DNA of 64,000 nucleotides from Octopus vulgaris (Eukaryota): NCBI GenBank assembly GCA_951406725.2, contig OX597835.1, positions 7,626,001 to 7,690,000 of the forward strand, read 5' to 3'. Shown piece by piece: positions 57,390 to 64,000 of this stretch (position 1 is its first letter; each line of letters starts with the position of its first letter). The notes under the pieces were generated by a model. It saw only the letters and a program-made list of their open reading frames with translations, ran no database searches and was not told where the DNA came from. The position numbers and the translations under genes were made by a program.

Positions 57390-58785
57390 CAGCAAATGTG
57401 ATGATGGTGGTGGTGGTGGTGTTTTGATAGTGAAAAGTATCTATTTTTATAAACTAATTTTTTTCTCATAGTGACCATTGCTTATCACATAAGTGTAGTT
57501 ATTTATTATATGCTCGCTTAAAATTTGATATTTGTTCATAAAGGCCAACTCTGGATTCACAGGAAATACAGTTACAAGCTGCTCGAGAAAGAATGAGCGG
57601 ACATGGAGCACGGATTAGAGGGGGAAAGAGGTAAAAATAATGCAGTCGATGACGTGAGGAAATGGATGCAAACAAACTTCTAGAATATTTAAAGAATCCT
57701 CCTTTCTCTCTTGATCAGGTCTTCTTAACTTTTTCCATTCCGTGGAATTTCGACAGGTCACAATAGTAGACATATATAATAGAATTCCATTCATTTCCCT
57801 CTACCAAATTCATTCAGCTGGTATTGTCAAACGATATTGGGAGGGGGGCGGACAAACACAGACGCTCAAACATATACACACACCTACATATATAAATACA
57901 TTTATACGAAGAGCTTCTTTCAGTTTCCGTCTACCAAATCTACTCATAACGATTTGGTCGGCCCGAGGCTATAGTAGGAGACACTTGCCTAAGTTGCCAC
58001 GCAGTGGGACTGAACCCGGAACCATGTGTTTGGTAAGCAAGCTCCTTACCACGCAGCCACTCCTACGCCTATATTACTCGTGAAAATTTTTTCTATCGTC
58101 TCCCATGATATATTCCACTTTCATATTCTCTTTTACACCAAAACTACATTCATATTTAGATATAGCGTTGTTACCAAACACTCACGCACGGACACACGCA
58201 CATACAGACACACACAGAACCACACACACACACACACACACACACGCAAACTAAAAAAGGCTATATGAAAAACACATTGTTATGACTGCTATGACAAGGC
58301 TATTCCAGAACTAGAATGTATTCACACGATTTAAAATAAAGAATACTCGTCAATTAACTCAATACAAACAGCAACCCACGGATAGCAAAATTGGTCAAAT
58401 AGTGTTCTATGGAAAAGAGGGAAGCAGTTGGCCAGTGTTGCAAAGATCAGCAGTTTGTTGGATGTGAATGTTTTAACATTAAGTAAGAAAATGGGAAAAT
58501 CTTTCGTAAAATAATGAGAAATGTATAACACAAACATCCAGCCAAAATAGGTTCACTTGTTTCTTTGAAAACGATTTACGTTAATTAAAAAACCAAATTT
58601 ACAAAAGCTCGACTTCATCCAAATTTAAGGGGTCAACTGATTCCCTTTCATCAAATACAATCGATGTTTACTCCGGTGTTTACTCCGGTATATATATATG
58701 TATAGATATATATGCATGTATGTATGTATATGCCTGCTGCCATTGATATATATATATAAAATATATACATATATATATATATATT

Positions 58786-58844
<59 letters not shown>

Positions 58845-59613
58845 ACAGTGTGCATTTAAACATAAAAGAGGTATGTATAATAGGGTACTTGCACGCTAGA
58901 GAGGACAGTTAAATTCCAAACCACTATTCGGGATGTTTTACTTTCCATTCCATTCGAAATTTTATCCATAAATCTGTCCTCTCTAGCGCCCTGGTATCCC
59001 TATCATGGATACATCATTTGTGTTTAAATGTACACTGCATTTATATGAATAACATATAATCTATTGAGTAAATGTTTCACAAGCTAGGTCACTTGTAATG
59101 GACATTTCTAATATTTCAGATTACCCTTTAATATTATTAATTAGTGATAAATTATTTCTTGGATAATTTTCGAAATAAAAAGCCGGCATATTTATTTATA
59201 GACGAGAGGGAACTGCGCTTGTTCGGTGATTTGAAAGTATTAGAATATATAAGCACGAAGCAGATACTGCATTGCCTCGTGTGTATATATTTAATCTAAG
59301 TTTTAAGAAGCCTTCACCGAGCAAATTATTTTATTTGCTAAAAAACGTCTGAAATCATTGGTCCAGGTGTTAGATGGTAAATGTTTAAATTTTTCTTTCC
59401 ATTTTGAATTTTATCCCTAATGGTGGTTTGGAACTTAACTCTCCTCTCTATGATGGATACCTCATTTGTGCTTAAATGTACACAATGTTTATGTGAGTAA
59501 TATTTAGTCCATTGGCAAAATTTTCTATATGCTAGGCCTCTGGTTATGGAAATATTTCAAATTACCCATTGATATAATTAATTATATATATATATATATA
59601 CATATATATATAA

Positions 59614-59654
<41 letters not shown>

Positions 59655-60946
59655 CGTGTGTGTGCGTGTGTATGTATGTATGTATTTGACATCCTTGGTT
59701 CAATTTTGCAACCTCAGGCAAGGAGATGCGGAAGACATCCTGATCACTCGCCTGGCAACGAATTACTGAAAACTCATCATCGTATCAAGTGCAGCATTCT
59801 TAAGAATGGAACGACGGTGTGCACAGTGGGAACCTATGCACATTATATCTGTCTAAACGAAGCTGGAAATGATCATAACTCAATCACCTGTCGATCATAA
59901 CTCAATCACCTGTCGATCATAACTCAATCACCTGTCTGCTCGACTACGACTGTCCGATGAACAACACCACAACATCAATAAATATTTTTGACAAGGGACC
60001 AACCTTGCTGTGGCGGCTGCCACTCCGGGTGTCACCTTCCATAATCACGAGGAGAGAACATTCAAGAAACATTTGGTCCTCACTGGCTACTATCAGTTTG
60101 TACCAGTTACGTCGAGACCTCAGGTGTTCTTGGACTTCATTCCTAACTGAGGGATGAAGACCATTGGATTAATGAGCGTCAAGAAGTGGTTGCTGCAAAG
60201 TTCATCGCGGCAACGCCATCACGGCCACTACTGCGAGGCCCAGCTGAGTACACTATTCGATCTGGGTTATGTGACACATCAGCCCTCCCCTCAATTTCTA
60301 CTGGTTCACCTTTTTTTCCACTGTTTTCTTTTCTTATCTCTTATTTTTCCCCCTTTCTTTTTTAAACTTTATAAAATAGAACTCGTAGAATATATGTTTT
60401 TACAATAATATAGCAGAACACTGCAATGTAAATTCTTACCATTCATATCGATAACTTAAAGGCAAACACCACAGCGAAGAACAAACCATAAATACTTTGA
60501 TACCCTTCAATAACTTACAAACAGTGAAAAACGAAGCACAAAGTGTTCTGCAATGCTTGGTTAAATTTATTTAATTGAGATTTCATTAGAATTTGACGGA
60601 ATAATCGCATAAAGATATTAGATATTAAATACATTCGTCGTATTAATTTAGGTTTGTAAGAAAAGTCACAGTTGTAAGTTATTTTTGCAGATTTTCTCTC
60701 TTTTACCATTTCAGTTGTTGGTGCAACACAAGTGAAATTTCTTTACAGGATAAATTACAAAATCAAACTTCTGCTCGTTAATATTTTATATTCCACTATG
60801 ACTCTTGATGTTTATTCATAGTTTTCTACTCTCATAGGATTTGACGATTGGTTAAATTTCAAAATTGAAAAAGTAGTAGATTTTCTCCTTCTATAAAAAC
60901 AATGTGACCTATGACCTTTATCCACAAGATTCAAAAGAGCAGAACG

Positions 60947-61145
60947 TCAATAAATTGATAATTTTACAAGGAAAACGAGAATAGGGATTATACTTTGGCG
61001 TATACTGTTATGAGTGCCACACGTGTTATTTCCTTTAATGCACTTGCATATCGGTTTTTTCCCACAGCAGCAGCCACATACCAAACCTCGGCAGCAATCC
61101 TGGTTTGGATTAGAAGTGTAACACATATTCCTTGAACAAGATTCC
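60947..61145 (-). CDS. Mature-peptide exon of knottin copy 7 (upstream exons outside the window or absent); identical to the copy 6 exon
   Basis: Base-for-base match to 54777..54975 at offset 6170; acceptor intact and frame open. Confidence 0.75.
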
Positions 61146-61201
61146 CTGTAAATACAGAATATTGTAGTGAAATAAGAAACTCATTAAATTATGATTTCTC
61201 G

Positions 61202-61283
61202 TTAGGGAAGAAGTTCTTGCATTTTATTGCAGCAACCCTGGTTTGGAGGAGGAGTGTAACACTTATCCCTTGAACAAGTTTCC
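61202..61283 (-). other. Partial duplicate mature exon (copy 7), 4-Cys truncated form
   Basis: Identical to 55032..55113. Confidence 0.65.
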
Positions 61284-63523
61284 CTGTAAATACAGAATAT
61301 TGTAGTGAAATAAGAAACTCATTAAATTATGATTTCTCGTTAGGGAAGAAGTTCTTGCATTTTATTGACTTCGAAAAAACCAACGGGATGTGAATGTACA
61401 GCATGCAGAACCGAAACAAATAGGACGGGTCATATTTTTCCGTTCCTTCGAAAATTGTCATTTGTACTTTCTCCAGTATTTAAAAAAAACCCAAGTCTAT
61501 GAATATATATTTTCCGAATTTCATAAGTAGATATGTAGATGTAGACAGTGATATGGTAATTCTTTTCTACTCTTGGCACAAGGCCCGAAATGTTTGGGGG
61601 GGGTAGTGGGGCCAGTGGAATAGATCGAACCCAGTAAACAACTGGTACTTAATTTATCGACCCCTAAAGGATGAAAGGCAAAGTCGACCTCGGCGGAATT
61701 TGAACTCAGAACGTAGAGACAGACGAAAATACTGCTTAACACCTCGCCCGGCGTGCTAAAGTTTCTGCCGTTTCATCGCCTTAGTGACAGGGTAATTAAT
61801 AAATAAATTGTGTTACTAGTTAAAGGGGAAAGGCTGTGAGCTGGCAGAATCATTGGCACGCGGGGTTATATGCTTAGAGGTATTTCGTCTGCCGCTACGT
61901 TCTGAGTTCAAATTCCGCCGAGGTCGACATTGCCTTTCATCCTTTCGGGTTCGATAAATTAAGTACCAGTTGCGCACTGGGTTCGATCTAATCGACTGAC
62001 CCATTCCCCCAACATTTCGGACCTTGTACAAAGAGTAGAAAAGAATAGTTAGAAGAGAAGTAATAAGTTGAGTATTGGTGTATGTCAGTTAATAATCGCC
62101 ACCAAGACTTACCTAGTACTAATTCTTTATCGTTTGCCGAACCGCTACGTTACGGGGATGAAAACACACCATGATCGGTTATCAAGCGATGCTGAGAAGA
62201 CAATATATACATGCATACGTACATACACATATATATATATATACGACGAGCTTCTTTCAGTTTCCGTCTACCAAATCCACTCACAAAGATTTGGTCAGGC
62301 CAGTTATGCTCTATGTTCGAAGTTATCGTCACTGTTGTGACAAAATAGTGATTGATTTTAACCGAGATTTTCTCGTCTGCAACTGGGAAATCAAACCTGC
62401 ATTGTATGTGGTAAAATTTCTTTTGTTACGGTCATTATTGTTTGTCCTGTCTACTTCTCTACGCATCCTAAATAAGATGTGAAAACGACGTTTCCAAAAG
62501 AAGACACAACACAATACTCCATTTTGAAAATAACTTTTGAAATGGGATTCTTAACCTTTATATGCTTTTCAAATCTGGTTACTTTGGTTTATTTGTCTCT
62601 GTATCAAATTAAAGGAAAGAAAGAAAGAGAAACCGGCTTTCTTGCCTCGTTGCTTCATTGTCATTTATTAAGGATGAACATTAATGTCTCTCTCTAAGTA
62701 AATGCTTAAGTTCTTGAAGCTGTATAGCATGTCACATTTGTGTGTATAGTTTTGGCTAAATTAGCCTGCAAGAAAATAGTAATATGAATATGAAGACAAC
62801 ATCTCATGTGTTTGTGTAGGTGACCGCTACATTACATCACACATTGTGCAATCCAAGAATGGAAAATATACGCGCACATGCAAACACATATCTCTATGAT
62901 AATCTACTTGTTCGTTCGCCCATTATATATTAACTAGCAGTATCACTCGGCGTTGCTCGGCTTTATTTCGACCCTTTAGAATTAGAATTTTTGAAAAGTA
63001 ATAATCTTGCATTATGTAGTTTGTTATTCTCTTTAAGTGAACATTTTTCTGGTTGAAATGGCGACACAGCAATCAGAAAATCGTAAAAAGTAGGGATTTT
63101 CATAGAAAAAAAGCACCTTTGTGATGTGAATCATTTTTGGTGTTAACATGGCTCGACTTGAAGTCTTCCGTCTACTGAAGAAAGAGCAAGCCTTCTTTTA
63201 CCATACTCTCAATTTTGGTCAACTTGCGCCGCAGGGTCTCGGAGGAGAGAGTGTTAAGTTGAAGGCTACCAAACCTGCCACGCACAGACAACTTCAGCTT
63301 TGTATATAGAGATAGATTAGTTCGAAAGGTGAAGGTGGAGTGGGTGCGAGGTGGAGTAAGACTGAGTAGAAGAGAGAGACGGAGGAGTGAAGAAAAAGAG
63401 AAGAAGAAGTAGAGAGAAGTGATTAATATTAATATAATTAAGACAAAGGCGTTGATTGGTGTGCTGAAGGGTGAGGCGATGAACGAGAGAAAAAGAGAAT
63501 ACGAGGGAGAGAGGAAGAGAGAA

Positions 63524-63561
<38 letters not shown>

Positions 63562-64000
63562 CAGCAAATGTGATGATGGTGGTGGTGGTGGTGTTTTGAT
63601 AGTGAAAAGTATCTATTTTTATAAACTAATTTTTTTTTCATCGTGACCATTGCTTATCGCATAAGTGTAGTTATTTATTATGTGCTCGCTTAAAATTTGA
63701 TATTTGTTCATAAAGGCCAACTCTGGATTCACAGGAAATACAGTTACAAGCTGCTCGAGAAAGAATGAGCGGACATGGAGCACGGATTAGAGGGGGAAAG
63801 AGGTAAAAATAATGCAGTCGATGACGTGAGGAAATGGATGCAAACAAACTTCTAGAATATTTAAAGAATCCTCCTTTCTCTCTTGATCAGGTCTTCTTAA
63901 CTTTTTCCATTCCGTGGAATTTCGACAGGTCACAATAGTAGACATATATAATAGAATTCCATTCATTTCCCTCTACCAAATTCATTCAGCTGGTATTGTC

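Larger units (their letters stand above)
42515..64000 (-). repeat. Inverted arm of the same array: one full unit, one deleted unit and one partial unit
   Basis: Reverse-complement matches to the + units, e.g. 47540..47603 to 2869..2932 and the 50.7-51.1 kb block to 10.36-10.76 kb. Confidence 0.95.

Overview
AT-rich, microsatellite-dense eukaryotic DNA. It is most likely an octopod/coleoid cephalopod, inferred from the tRNA-derived SINE families and repeat style. Nearly all ORFs in the supplied track are microsatellite or repeat artefacts. The window is a segmental tandem array of a ~9-11 kb unit: four copies on + (1 to ~40 kb), a 5'-truncated Penelope-like element at the turning point (~40-42.5 kb), then three copies on - (42.5-64 kb). 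Each complete unit carries a spliced three-coding-exon gene that the ORF track misses. Exon A encodes a signal peptide ([21 protein letters not shown]). Exon B encodes a short propeptide ending in a KR site built across the splice junction. Exon C encodes a hypervariable 8-cysteine C-x4-C-x8-CC-x4-CxC-x5/7-CxC knottin (ICK, omega-agatoxin-like) domain. Five genes are intact (89-107 aa) and two further exon C copies are present; one has lost exons A/B and the other runs off the window. The introns and signal exon are near-identical between copies while the inter-cysteine loops diverge strongly, which resembles conotoxin genes. Copies 3-7 end in an N-glycan sequon plus a hydrophobic, GPI-signal-like tail. 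Copies 1-2 lost that tail by deletion and gained a Lys-rich tail with a ninth Cys from former 3' UTR. All translations were done by hand and no database search was run.
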